Source: an uncultured Gammaproteobacteria bacterium
GTDB lineage: Bacteria > Patescibacteriota > Microgenomatia > Levybacterales > UBA12049
DNA: 64,000 nt
Assembly (NCBI GenBank): GCA_964507055.1
Contig: CAZDOJ010000001.1
Location: forward strand, 401,313-465,312
Reading direction: 5' to 3'
Part shown: piece after piece, positions 35,837 through 46,169 of the stretch
Numbering within the stretch: the stretch's first letter is position 1
Layout of the letters: every line of letters begins with the position of its first letter
Notes under the pieces: generated by a model
Database searches by the model: none
Seen by the model: only the letters and a program-made list of their open reading frames with translations
What the model was told of the DNA's origin: nothing
Made by a program: the position numbers and the translations under genes

Positions 35837-38476
35837 TTATTTCTTCGTCTTTAAGTTGGCATCAACCCACAGATTTGGTAAATCATTATTATAAAGAGCA
35901 GTTCCAAACCATGCCCAATTCTGTGTGTAATAACTCTTTGAATCTTCCCAATAACTTCCATCTTTATCTTCATAAAGCTTGTTAAGTACTTTGGTTTCGT
36001 AGATTTCTTTTGCAGCAGATTTATCTGTGACAACAAAGCTTGCGAGGTTTGCAGCATATGCACCAGCGGATTCATAATCTTCCCATGGTTTCCCATCATG
36101 TGTGTATGCAACACTGATCTTTTTATTATTTGCCCATTCTTTTCGCAGAAAGTCATTCTTTGTAAGATAGGACTTTGCTCGAGGTTCTTTGAACCATTGA
36201 TAGTCCAAAGCAATTCTCCATGGTGTACGGAAAGCGTCATAACTATATTCTGTTGAATCCAAACCTTTCTCTGGAGATTTAATAATTTTTCCACTACTAT
36301 CAACTGCACACCAATTTGGTGCAAGTCCAGCTGAAGTTTCTTTGTCTAAGTCGCTATCAGTACATGCATTCAAAACTTCATACGATGTGTCGACCAAACT
36401 CAACCAATTATGGGTTTTATCAATCTCAGCAAAAATCCTGTAACTACTTGGTGCGAGATATGATGGATTGATGATTGCTGTTGATTTTGGCTTCGCCCAA
36501 TCCCCTGCTACGAGATATGGTTTGCTTCGAACTACTTTTACTTCATTCTCCCAGATTGCTTGCATAATCGTCCGTGAATCGATGATGTAACCTGGATTAT
36601 TCCAACGCTTTCCAGCAAAAGCCAATGCTAAGGCAATATCTTCATCACCATCTGCAGCAGAACTTTTATCAATGATTCCCATTGTGCCATCTGGCTTCTT
36701 TCCCCATTTCCAAGCAATCAAATTGTTATCCTTTTGCATATTTCTTTTAGTGAATCCCCATGTCTTATCGAAGAGTTGTTTATCGTTCATCCATACTGCT
36801 CGTAACATGGTATATGATTGTCCTTCTGATGTTGTAGTATTATTTGCTGGATCGACAGTATCTCCATCATCTTTTACAAATGTATTTTTGTATGTTTCCC
36901 ATGTTGAGACAAGAATTCTTCGAGAATTCTTTACGGCCCAGATCTGGACGTACCAACCATCACCTGCGAAACTCGTAATCGGATTTGATTGTGCTAACGC
37001 ATTTCCCGTCATCGGAATTTCACCAGTTCCTAAGTCTCCGCCAATAAGTGGTGTAAATAAGACATAATCAATATTGTTGTAATCATTTTTTAATATCTTT
37101 TCTTTAATATCTTTGTCTCCATCCACTTTCCAATAATATTCAGCATTGGCGAAGTTGCCGTTATTTCTATAGTTCAAATCAAGATATGCATAGTTATCAA
37201 TCGCATAGAATGCATTTGGAGATTGTTTACTCAAAATCCAATTAACAGCTTCTATCTGAGCATTGGTTTCGTTGGATGTGTAGATATTGAAATTACCTGA
37301 ACGGACATTGCCTGAATAATTAAATACAAGTACTCCCATATATATAATGAATGCCATAATAGGAAAAATCGCATAAATTTGAAGCGGCCAGAATTTCATC
37401 CTTGTAAAGAAACTCGCAATTTTATGTGTGACGTACGCAGTTGTTAAAGCAACAAGCGGCACAAGCGGAATGATATAGAATTCAAGTACCAATCCTCCTC
37501 TTAGTAAGAACGCCCAATAAGAAATCGCAAGTCCTGCAATGATACGAGCAGCTACGCTTCTGATAGCAAATATCATTGTAATAATTGTAGATATTGCACC
37601 AACGATCATGAATGACGGATCATCATTTTTCCAGTTCCCTGTCATTTCCCAGAAACTTGAGCCAGGATTGAAGATACTGACGTTTCCGCGACTACCCTGG
37701 AATTGCAGTGTACCAAGTAAACTTACGTGCTCATTATTTCCTCCCAAAAGTGTTCCCGATGGGAAAAATTCGCCTTTAAACATACTAAATATAAAGTACA
37801 GTGAAATAATTGCTCCTGCTACTGCAATCCATTTAATTGCACCAAATAATCGATTGATCTTATGCAATTGAGAATACACAAGAACAGCCATAAATGGGAG
37901 AAAGAAAATCGCACTTTCTTTACTCAGGACTGCGATTCCAAAACTCACCGCACTGGCAATAATCCATCGCAATCTTTGTTTACTAAAGAGTACAAATGTC
38001 ACAGAAAGCAGAAGCCAAAATACCATTATGTTATCCAGCAATACACGTCGTTGGAAATAAATGGCCAGTGGCGAGAGTGAGAACATAAGCACAGCAAATG
38101 CTCCCACAAGCTTAGATCCGGTTATCTTCTTACCAATAAAATACAGTAATAATGCTGATCCGATATGGAGGAGCAGCATCAGTACACGACCAGAGTTAAT
38201 AGCAAACCCAAAGGTAAAAAGACCCCCGGTTATTTTTAACCATAAAGCAATGAGCATCCAACCTACAGGAGCATGATCATACCAATATGTGTACGGTGCA
38301 AGTTTTCCATCATTGATGATCGCCCATGCTTGAGACATGTACGTACCTTCATCAGATTCATAATATGGATAGCCCAACATGTTATATCCATGAGAAATAG
38401 CAGCAATTGCCAAAAGGCCGAATACCAAAAGATATTCCATTTTATGACTAGTAAATAATTCTTTTATCTTTTTCAT
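35837..38476 (-). CDS. fusion of a GT-C (PMT/ArnT-like, GT39/83) membrane glycosyltransferase with a C-terminal glycoside hydrolase family 8-like domain
   Basis: N-terminal half: multiple TM helices with the YYESDEGTY (DE loop) motif and HAPVGW. C-terminal ~400 aa: TTSEGQSYTM (GH8 SEGQSYGM-like) and AADGDEDIALALAFAGKRW (close to the GH8 signature A-[ST]-D-[AG]-D-x2-[IM]-A...). Confidence 0.7.
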   Translation of the reverse strand: MKKIKELFTSHKMEYLLVFGLLAIAAISHGYNMLGYPYYESDEGTYMSQAWAIINDGKLAPYTYWYDHAPVGWMLIALWLKITGGLFTFGFAINSGRVLMLLLHIGSALLLYFIGKKITGSKLVGAFAVLMFSLSPLAIYFQRRVLLDNIMVFWLLLSVTFVLFSKQRLRWIIASAVSFGIAVLSKESAIFFLPFMAVLVYSQLHKINRLFGAIKWIAVAGAIISLYFIFSMFKGEFFPSGTLLGGNNEHVSLLGTLQFQGSRGNVSIFNPGSSFWEMTGNWKNDDPSFMIVGAISTIITMIFAIRSVAARIIAGLAISYWAFLLRGGLVLEFYIIPLVPLVALTTAYVTHKIASFFTRMKFWPLQIYAIFPIMAFIIYMGVLVFNYSGNVRSGNFNIYTSNETNAQIEAVNWILSKQSPNAFYAIDNYAYLDLNYRNNGNFANAEYYWKVDGDKDIKEKILKNDYNNIDYVLFTPLIGGDLGTGEIPMTGNALAQSNPITSFAGDGWYVQIWAVKNSRRILVSTWETYKNTFVKDDGDTVDPANNTTTSEGQSYTMLRAVWMNDKQLFDKTWGFTKRNMQKDNNLIAWKWGKKPDGTMGIIDKSSAADGDEDIALALAFAGKRWNNPGYIIDSRTIMQAIWENEVKVVRSKPYLVAGDWAKPKSTAIINPSYLAPSSYRIFAEIDKTHNWLSLVDTSYEVLNACTDSDLDKETSAGLAPNWCAVDSSGKIIKSPEKGLDSTEYSYDAFRTPWRIALDYQWFKEPRAKSYLTKNDFLRKEWANNKKISVAYTHDGKPWEDYESAGAYAANLASFVVTDKSAAKEIYETKVLNKLYEDKDGSYWEDSKSYYTQNWAWFGTALYNNDLPNLWVDANLKTKK

Positions 38477-38479
38477 AGT

Positions 38480-40705
38480 TTATCTATTTACTGTAAAATA
38501 TCGAGCATTTACTTTTGCTGGTGACGGAACAGACTTCTCTGGTCGATGTGCATTAAGATGCAAAGTCTTTTCCCAACTATCTTGTCCGACAGCAAGTCGA
38601 TAAATCGCACGCATTGCACTAAAACCTAAAATAATTTGGAATGGATAGAATGTATACAAAACTTTTAACGGAATCCAGAAAGGATACTTTAAGCTATATC
38701 CTTTTGTGAATTCAAACAAACCGACATTGTATGCAATCAACTGAAGGATTAGAAGGAGTAACGGAACAATGGTAATCATCGCGAAGACAACAGGTAAATC
38801 AAGTACAAATGCCATAAAGATAGATACAGGCAACATCAAGAAAAAGAATGCCTGCAACTGAGGAATAAGTAAAATATATGCCGCAAGAAATCGCTGTGAT
38901 GCTTTTGGTAAGTTAAGCCATTCTCCCTTAAGAAAGATCTGAATAAATCCTTGATTCCATCGGGTTCGTTGCTTAATGAAACTTTCAAGACTATGTGGTG
39001 TTTCTTCCTGAGTGGTATGACGCTCATCATACACGACGCCAATTCTCGCACCGCGTGCACTTAATCGGATACCAATATCTGCATCCTCGGTCAGACAATC
39101 CTCGTCCCATCCTCCAATTTTATTTAATAAGTTTCTTTTGAAAAATACAGTATTTCCACCCAATGGAATAATTCCTTGTTTGGCAAAATAGTGAAGTGAT
39201 GATTTAAACCAAAAGAAATACTCAAGTACATTGAGTGATGAGAACCACTTTGATCGGAAGTTCATAAGTTGTACGCCGGACTGCAGAACATCAAACCCAC
39301 GAAGTGTCATTTCAGTATTCACAAGATTATAAATCCCGCGACTTGGTTGATCTTCCGCATCAAAAACGGTAACAACATCTTTCGTAGCATGACGAAGACC
39401 AATGTTCAAACTGTGCGGTTTGTTAATTGGCATATCACCAAAGATAAGTAATTTAACATTTGGTTTATTCAGACGTGCAATTGTTCGTTCAGCTTTTTCC
39501 CGCGTTTTGTGATCATCAGATCGTACAATTACTAATAGTTCTTTCAAGCTTTCAGGATAATCAATTGCTGCTATTGCTCGGATAGTATCCCCAATAACAT
39601 GCTCTTCATGTCGTACAGGAAGTAACGCAGTAAAAGAATATTTCGGTTTAAGAAATTTCTCTGGTGGCTTTTCTTTTTGGATTCGCTCAACATCTTCCCA
39701 TCCATAAATCATCAGATAAATACTGAAAACGCTTTGCCAGATCATCAATGCAGAAAGGCTCACAATTGCAACAGAAATCATGGATTGAGTATTTATCATC
39801 CCAGCATCACGCAAACCAAACAATGTTAAGGCTGCAAAATTCCCGAGAATAAATGCGGTAATTGCGATACATCCTGCCACAAATATCATCCCAATATGAG
39901 CCAAAAATGGAAATCGAATCAAGAAAGAATTGGCTATGAATTCGATAATATCTTGCTTTCTGAGCTTGGAATTCCCGAAAACTCGGTCGGTAAATTGTAT
40001 TGGAATTTCCTTAATACGTGCATTACTTTTTATAGCTTTATGGAGTAAATCAATCTGGAAAGCATACCCCTTAGACATAAGATTGTTAAGATTAATTCGT
40101 TTTAAGAGTGATGTACGAATAGCACGATATCCACTTGTACAATCCTTTATCTTGCCTAAGCCGGCCACGTGACGTGCAAAGAGGTTCCCCCACTGACTAT
40201 TGAGCTTACGAATAAGAGGCCAGTTACCAGGGATTGAACCTCCATCGATATATCGTGAACCGATGACAAAGTCACTACCTTTTTGAATTTCATAAACGAA
40301 GAATGAAATCATGGCTGGATCGTGAGATAAATCTGCATCCATTTCAAAGACTATATCCGCATGCATATATCGCATAGCATATTTAAATCCACGTATATAA
40401 GCATTTCCTAAGCCCTGTTTTCTTCCTCGTAGAAGGTACATGTTTTTGTATTTCTTGGCTAACTTCATAACTATTGAAGCAGTACCATCAGGAGAGCCAT
40501 CGTCTACGACAAGGATAGATAGCTTTGCATTATGGAGATATCGTACCTGAGATTGAATTTCGGTAATTAATTGTTCGATATTATCTTTTTCGTTATATGT
40601 GGGTACAACAATAACCACGTGATCCTTTTCGAGATCCGGGTTAATAGGCTGTGTTCTGTAAAACCGCTGGTACAGGTTTGTATATTTACTTCGTGCGCGA
40701 ATCAT
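38480..40705 (-). CDS. bifunctional membrane glycosyltransferase: DPM1-like polyprenol-phosphate sugar synthase GT2 fused to a processive (BcsA/chitin-synthase-like) GT2
   Basis: Domain 1: VVPTYNEKDNI, VVDDGSPDGT, DADLSHDP. A TM block follows. Domain 2: FDAEDQP, TEDADIG (TED) and QRTRWNQG (QxxRW), then further TM helices. Confidence 0.85.
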   Translation of the reverse strand: MIRARSKYTNLYQRFYRTQPINPDLEKDHVVIVVPTYNEKDNIEQLITEIQSQVRYLHNAKLSILVVDDGSPDGTASIVMKLAKKYKNMYLLRGRKQGLGNAYIRGFKYAMRYMHADIVFEMDADLSHDPAMISFFVYEIQKGSDFVIGSRYIDGGSIPGNWPLIRKLNSQWGNLFARHVAGLGKIKDCTSGYRAIRTSLLKRINLNNLMSKGYAFQIDLLHKAIKSNARIKEIPIQFTDRVFGNSKLRKQDIIEFIANSFLIRFPFLAHIGMIFVAGCIAITAFILGNFAALTLFGLRDAGMINTQSMISVAIVSLSALMIWQSVFSIYLMIYGWEDVERIQKEKPPEKFLKPKYSFTALLPVRHEEHVIGDTIRAIAAIDYPESLKELLVIVRSDDHKTREKAERTIARLNKPNVKLLIFGDMPINKPHSLNIGLRHATKDVVTVFDAEDQPSRGIYNLVNTEMTLRGFDVLQSGVQLMNFRSKWFSSLNVLEYFFWFKSSLHYFAKQGIIPLGGNTVFFKRNLLNKIGGWDEDCLTEDADIGIRLSARGARIGVVYDERHTTQEETPHSLESFIKQRTRWNQGFIQIFLKGEWLNLPKASQRFLAAYILLIPQLQAFFFLMLPVSIFMAFVLDLPVVFAMITIVPLLLLILQLIAYNVGLFEFTKGYSLKYPFWIPLKVLYTFYPFQIILGFSAMRAIYRLAVGQDSWEKTLHLNAHRPEKSVPSPAKVNARYFTVNR

Positions 40706-41055
40706 CGTACATTACGGGCAGTAAATGTGTGGGCAGCATTGATGAGCTTAATCGTATAGTTATATACTATAAGTCAACAAAAGCTGAGTATATTATAGTT
40801 GGAGGCATATGTCAAGCTACGCTATACTACTATATAGAGGGTTTTTCTGAAGAAATGTAATTTATCCAATTGACAGAAAAGAAAATAATATGGTATACAT
40901 GAAGTCTGCCAAGGTATTTAATACGATTAATAAAAAAGATTATCTACCTCTCATACTATAAGTTTTAATTAGGGATTGGAGACCCTGTACTTATTCATCA
41001 ACTATTTCGCTACGATTGCGTCTGTCTACTCATTGAAGCGAGCTTAGTATGGTAC

Positions 41056-41084
41056 TTGACAATTACATAAATATCCTATAATAT
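41056..41084 (+). promoter_or_regulatory. candidate sigma70-like promoter (TTGACA-17-TAATAT) for the 41140 gene, in a 434-nt divergent intergenic region
   Basis: TTGACA at 41056-41061 and TAATAT at 41079-41084; an overlapping TATAAT at 41077-41082 would imply a 15-nt spacer. Confidence 0.35.
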
Positions 41085-41139
41085 ACACATTAATTCGATA
41101 TTATGGGATATAAAAACGAGTATCGAAGACGTAACGAAT

Positions 41140-44100
41140 ATGCAAAATAATCAACAAATGATAAGTGTCGTAGTACCAGTTTATAATGAAATTGGTATCA
41201 TCATGCAATTCCATGAACAATTGCTTTTGACACTTTCTTCTTCTAATCGATCTTATGAGATCATCTATGTTGATGATAATTCTACAGACGGTACTTTCGA
41301 ATGGCTCCAAAGCATCACTAATGACTCTATTAAGGTTGTACGTAAAGTAGGCACAAAAGGTAAGGCATACTCTTTAATGCAAGGGTTTGAAATCGCTCAA
41401 GGCGAAATCCTCGCAATGATTGATGGAGATTTACAATACCCTCCTGCGAAAATTCCTGAGATGGCTGATGCATTGCAAAACGCTGATATTATTGTCGCAA
41501 ATAGAAAAGACTATAAGGACTCAAAAATGAGAAAACTTTTAAGCCGTGGATTTAGAAATATTTTTGGCAAAATGTTATTTGGTCTACAAACAGATATCCA
41601 ATCAGGACTTAAAGTATTTAAGAAAGAAGTTTATGATACTGTCAAATTTCAACCAGTGTCACCTTGGACTTTTGACCTAGAGTTTCTCCACCGAGCAAAG
41701 CAAGCAGGATATACATTAAAGAACGTAGAAATCGTTTTTGCACCACGCCGAAATGGTCAATCAAAAATGAATGTTGTAAAACAATCATACGAGATTGGTG
41801 CGAATGCATTAAATATCAAAATGAAACCTGTCACCTACTTCGCGATAAAACCTGAAGAAGGTACGATGCGTGGTGCAGGTGTACAAGCAAAGAATAAAAA
41901 ATACATTACTCATACAACTCTTCCATCTGCTCTTTCTGCTATTGAAACATTTACTTTTGGACAAAAGGTATTCTTTATCGGAGCACCAATCCTTTTATTA
42001 TTAGCATTCTTCTTAATCCCTTTACAAGCAGCTAGAATCACTGTCGGAGTTTTAAGTGTCCTGTACTTCATTGATGCACTATTCAATATATATGTTGTAG
42101 GAAAAAGTTTGCATAAGGAACAAGAAATTGATGTAACTGATGCAGAACTTGCAACAATTGATGAAGCAACGCTTCCAACATACACTATTCTTTGTCCTTT
42201 ATATAGAGAAGCCCACGTTGTTCCTCAGTTCTTGGAAGGTATTTCAAAAATCGATTGGCCAAAAGAAAAGCTTGATGTGATGTTTCTTCTTGAAGAAGAC
42301 GATAAAGAAACGATTGCAGAGTTTGAAAAAATGAACTTACCATTCTATGCCCGAACTGTTATCGTTCCTGATTCACAACCAAAGACAAAACCAAAGGCTT
42401 GTAACTATGGACTTTCATATGCCAAAGGTGAATACCTCGTTATCTTTGATGCCGAAGATGTACCAGATCCAAGACAGTTGAAAGTTGCATATCTTGGATT
42501 CAAAAAGGCACCAAGTGATGTGAAATGTCTGCAAGCGAAATTGAGTTATTACAACTCACGATATAACGTCTTAACTCGATTCTTTACTGCTGAATATGCA
42601 TTGTGGTTTGACGTCACATTGCCTGGTTTGCAGTCTTTAAACTCAGCACTTCCACTCGGTGGTACAAGTAACCATTTCTTAACTGAAAACTTGCGAGAAC
42701 TTCAAGGTTGGGATCCATTTAACGTGACTGAAGATGCTGACTTGGGTGTACGTTTATTCCAACACGGATATCGTACAGCGGTTATTAAATCAACAACATA
42801 TGAAGAAGCAACAAGTGTACGTAAAGTATGGTTGAAACAACGATCTCGATGGATCAAAGGATACATGCAAACCTATTTGGTACATATGCGAGATTTGCCT
42901 AAATTCGTAAAACAAGTTGGTTTGTGGCACAACTTTATCTTCCAATTAACTGTTGGAGGAAAGATTTTATTTGTCCTTTTGAATCCGTTCATGTGGGTTA
43001 TCACAGCTTTGTACTTCTTAGCAAATCCCGTATTTGGACCAATCATGGAAGCAATTTATCGCCCACCAGTATCATATATTGCGGTCTTCTCATGGATATT
43101 TGGTAACTTTATGTTCTTATATTGTTACATGATCGCTGTCGGTAAACGAAAAGATTGGGATCTTGCAAAGTATGTTCTTTTGATTCCTTTGTACTGGGTA
43201 ATGATGAGTACTGCAGCGATGATCGCGTTATACCAATTGATCTTGAAACCCCACTATTGGGAAAAGACATTGCATGGATTCCATCTTGGTCGAAAGGTTG
43301 AAGATGCCAAAGCACCTGCTCCGACACCAGCACCAATACCAGTTGTACAGCCAGCGTATGCACCAGCTGTAGTAAATAAACCAGGCGTTCAATTACCATC
43401 TCTATCATTCAAGATGCCAGCTATTACAATGCCTACGATCACATTGCCAAATGCCGGTAGTTTGTATGCAAAAGTACTGCATGTATTGCCTATCTTTGCA
43501 TTACTTAATGTCGACTTATTACTTGCTCATGCATTCTTAGCACCAGCTGAAGCACAAACATATTTAGTATTGTCACTTATCGGAAAAGCAAGTTTCATCG
43601 CGAGCCAAGTTGGATCAAATGTTATCGCTGGATTATTATCCCGAGGTAGATCTGCAACAAATCATTTCTTTAAATTAGTATTCTTTACATTCTTATTTAA
43701 CTGGATTGCATATATTGTGCTTGGACTTGAAGGTCAATACTTCATCCCTACCATCTTTGGTACAGGCTATGACGGAATCATCGCATATATGCCATTCTAT
43801 ATGTTTGCATTGCTTTGTTTCGCTATCGCAAACCGATTCAATGCATTCCATTTGCAGAAAAAGAATTATGCATACACAGGAATCTCACTTGCAACTATCT
43901 TAGCATTCGTTCCATTTATCTTAGTAAACAACGAAACAATTTCTGATTACGTTCGAACATTTGCATATCTCGGATCGATCAACTTGTTCTTCGTCGTCGT
44001 AATGCACTTGAGTAATCCATATATCCGAGTCATGGAAAACAACCTCGCAAGTTTTGTTGCTCTCTTTGACAAACAAAAATCTAAAAAAGTTTGGAAAGAC

Positions 44101-45270
44101 AATGGAATGAAAATCCTTATCTTCAACTGGAGAGATACCAAACATATCTATGCAGGAGGTGCTGAAGTATATATCAATGAATTAGCAAAACGATGGGTAA
44201 AAAATGGAAATAAAGTAACACTCTTTAGTGGTAACGATAATAGAAACTTATTCTACGAGAATGTTAATGGAGTTGAAGTATATCGAAGAGGTGGAACATA
44301 CACTGTGTACTTCTTTGCAGTCATGTACTATCTTTTGAAGTTCCGAGGTAAATATGATGTGATCATCGATTGTGAAAATGGTATTCCATTCTTTATGCCA
44401 CTTTTTGCAAAAGAACAAGTAATTTTACTCGTTCACCATGTTCATCAAGAAATCTTCCGAAAGTTCTTGAAGTTCCCGATGAGTATCGTTGCTGAAATGC
44501 TTGAAGGAAAAGTAATGCCATTTATTTACCAAAATAAAAATGTTGTTACTGTCTCCGCATCTTCACAAAGTGAGATATTTAATCTTGGTTTTACTAACTC
44601 CGGTAATATCGCAATTATTCCAAATGGTGTTGATGAGACACTGTACGTTGATTATCCAAAGACTGATCATCCTTCATATGTGTATCTTGGACGATTGAAA
44701 GAATACAAAAATATCGATGTTGCAATCAAAGCATTCTCTAAAGTTTTGAAAGTACATAAGAATGCTACATTATCTATTGTCGGTACAGGAGAAAGTTATT
44801 ACGAACTCAGACAATTAGTTGAAGAACTCGGAGTATCAAACGCTGTGACATTCCATGGTCGAGTAACTGAAAAAGAAAAAGCACGATTGCTTTCCCAAAG
44901 TTGGGCAGCATTGCAGCCATCACAAATGGAAGGCTGGGGAATAACTGTCATCGAAGCGAATGCAACTGGAACTCCAGTTATCGCATCACGAGTTAATGGA
45001 TTACAAGACTCTGTCATCGATAATCAAACAGGTATGCTTGTCCCAGCTGGTGATGTTGCGGCCTTTGCAATTGCGATGAGAAAATTAGCCGACAATGATT
45101 TACTCAGAGTCTCACTTGCAAATGAAGCTCGAAAATGGGCTCAAAACTTTAACTGGGATAAAAGTGCTGAACAGTTCTATACTTTAATTGGACGTAACTT
45201 TGGCCAAGGAGCAATCAGTCCTGCATATACCAATGTGGTTTTCAGTACTGAGAAAGGAGCAAACAATTAA
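41140..45270 (+). CDS. 1376-aa tri-domain glycosyltransferase: DPM1-like GT2 + processive GT2 + multi-TM block + C-terminal GT4
   Basis: Domain 1: VVPVYNE, VDDNSTDGT, DGDLQYPP. Domain 2: FDAEDVPD, VTEDADLG and QRSRWIKG. About 10 TM helices follow. Domain 3 carries the GT4 EX7E motif region EGWGITVIEANATGTPVIASRVNGLQDSV. Confidence 0.85.
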   Translation: MQNNQQMISVVVPVYNEIGIIMQFHEQLLLTLSSSNRSYEIIYVDDNSTDGTFEWLQSITNDSIKVVRKVGTKGKAYSLMQGFEIAQGEILAMIDGDLQYPPAKIPEMADALQNADIIVANRKDYKDSKMRKLLSRGFRNIFGKMLFGLQTDIQSGLKVFKKEVYDTVKFQPVSPWTFDLEFLHRAKQAGYTLKNVEIVFAPRRNGQSKMNVVKQSYEIGANALNIKMKPVTYFAIKPEEGTMRGAGVQAKNKKYITHTTLPSALSAIETFTFGQKVFFIGAPILLLLAFFLIPLQAARITVGVLSVLYFIDALFNIYVVGKSLHKEQEIDVTDAELATIDEATLPTYTILCPLYREAHVVPQFLEGISKIDWPKEKLDVMFLLEEDDKETIAEFEKMNLPFYARTVIVPDSQPKTKPKACNYGLSYAKGEYLVIFDAEDVPDPRQLKVAYLGFKKAPSDVKCLQAKLSYYNSRYNVLTRFFTAEYALWFDVTLPGLQSLNSALPLGGTSNHFLTENLRELQGWDPFNVTEDADLGVRLFQHGYRTAVIKSTTYEEATSVRKVWLKQRSRWIKGYMQTYLVHMRDLPKFVKQVGLWHNFIFQLTVGGKILFVLLNPFMWVITALYFLANPVFGPIMEAIYRPPVSYIAVFSWIFGNFMFLYCYMIAVGKRKDWDLAKYVLLIPLYWVMMSTAAMIALYQLILKPHYWEKTLHGFHLGRKVEDAKAPAPTPAPIPVVQPAYAPAVVNKPGVQLPSLSFKMPAITMPTITLPNAGSLYAKVLHVLPIFALLNVDLLLAHAFLAPAEAQTYLVLSLIGKASFIASQVGSNVIAGLLSRGRSATNHFFKLVFFTFLFNWIAYIVLGLEGQYFIPTIFGTGYDGIIAYMPFYMFALLCFAIANRFNAFHLQKKNYAYTGISLATILAFVPFILVNNETISDYVRTFAYLGSINLFFVVVMHLSNPYIRVMENNLASFVALFDKQKSKKVWKDNGMKILIFNWRDTKHIYAGGAEVYINELAKRWVKNGNKVTLFSGNDNRNLFYENVNGVEVYRRGGTYTVYFFAVMYYLLKFRGKYDVIIDCENGIPFFMPLFAKEQVILLVHHVHQEIFRKFLKFPMSIVAEMLEGKVMPFIYQNKNVVTVSASSQSEIFNLGFTNSGNIAIIPNGVDETLYVDYPKTDHPSYVYLGRLKEYKNIDVAIKAFSKVLKVHKNATLSIVGTGESYYELRQLVEELGVSNAVTFHGRVTEKEKARLLSQSWAALQPSQMEGWGITVIEANATGTPVIASRVNGLQDSVIDNQTGMLVPAGDVAAFAIAMRKLADNDLLRVSLANEARKWAQNFNWDKSAEQFYTLIGRNFGQGAISPAYTNVVFSTEKGANN

Positions 45271-46169
45271 TGAAACCAGTAACAGTATCAGTAGGAATTC
45301 CTGCATATAATGAAGGTAAGAACATTCAGCGATTGTTGTTATCTCTTCTTGCACAAAAAGAAAATGGTATCGTCTTGAAAGAAATTATTGTGGTATCTGA
45401 TGGCAGTAGTGATGACACAGCAAAGAAGGTAAAAGCAATTAAAGATAAAAGAATTGTATTTAAAAATGATGGCAAGCGTCTTGGTAAATCCGCACGCATG
45501 GATCAGATCTTTCGAATGATAAAAGGTGACGTCTTACTCCTTATGGATGCAGATATTGTGATCCATGATCAATCGCTTTTCTCCAAGGTTGTCCGACGAG
45601 CGAAGCTTGAGAAATCAGGTATTGCCGGAGTAAATGTCCTTCCATTAAAAGCTGAAGTGTTTTTTGAAGAGATTATTGAAACAGGTGTACTTATCATGAA
45701 AGATATTGCAAAGAATTGGAATGTTGGACGAAATTACCTTTCATTCAAAGGGGCTTTCTTAGCTCTCAATGGCGATTTCGCACGGTCTATTCATATTCCA
45801 GCAAGTATTGTAAACAATGACCCTTATTTGTATTTTGCGGCTGTTGAAAAGGGATTCAAGCCAACATATATCGCAAGTTGTGAAGTATACTATCGTTCAC
45901 CAATGACATTGAGTGATCATATTAAACAGTCCTCAAGATTTCAAGGATCGAGAGAAGAACTTTCAAAATACTTCACCTTAGATTGGGAGAAAGAATATAC
46001 GATGCCAGTTGCAATCGTCATAAAAAGTATCTTAAAATCAATTGGTACCCGTCCTTTCCATTTCGGCCTTTATAGCCTAGTTAACGTCATTTCTAAATTC
46101 AAAAGACAAACGAAACTTAAAAGCACCTGGAGTATCGCAAGCTCCACAAAAGGAAAAATCAGTATATGA
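45270..46169 (+). CDS. family-2 glycosyltransferase
   Basis: VGIPAYNEGKNI and VVSDGSSDDT. The start overlaps the previous stop (TAATG). Confidence 0.8.
   Translation: MKPVTVSVGIPAYNEGKNIQRLLLSLLAQKENGIVLKEIIVVSDGSSDDTAKKVKAIKDKRIVFKNDGKRLGKSARMDQIFRMIKGDVLLLMDADIVIHDQSLFSKVVRRAKLEKSGIAGVNVLPLKAEVFFEEIIETGVLIMKDIAKNWNVGRNYLSFKGAFLALNGDFARSIHIPASIVNNDPYLYFAAVEKGFKPTYIASCEVYYRSPMTLSDHIKQSSRFQGSREELSKYFTLDWEKEYTMPVAIVIKSILKSIGTRPFHFGLYSLVNVISKFKRQTKLKSTWSIASSTKGKISI

Noticed and set aside
40571-40860. Two small ORFs (62 and 69 aa) in the divergent intergenic region between the giant GT genes.
   Set aside because: They overlap the 5' end and promoter region of the flanking genes, have no RBS, and show AT-rich intergenic composition. 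The region is better explained as a bidirectional promoter.
41910-44145. Minus-strand ORFs inside the tri-domain GT gene (41910-42185, 43109-43408, 43921-44145).
   Set aside because: They are shadow ORFs inside a long reading frame with clear GT2 and GT4 motifs.
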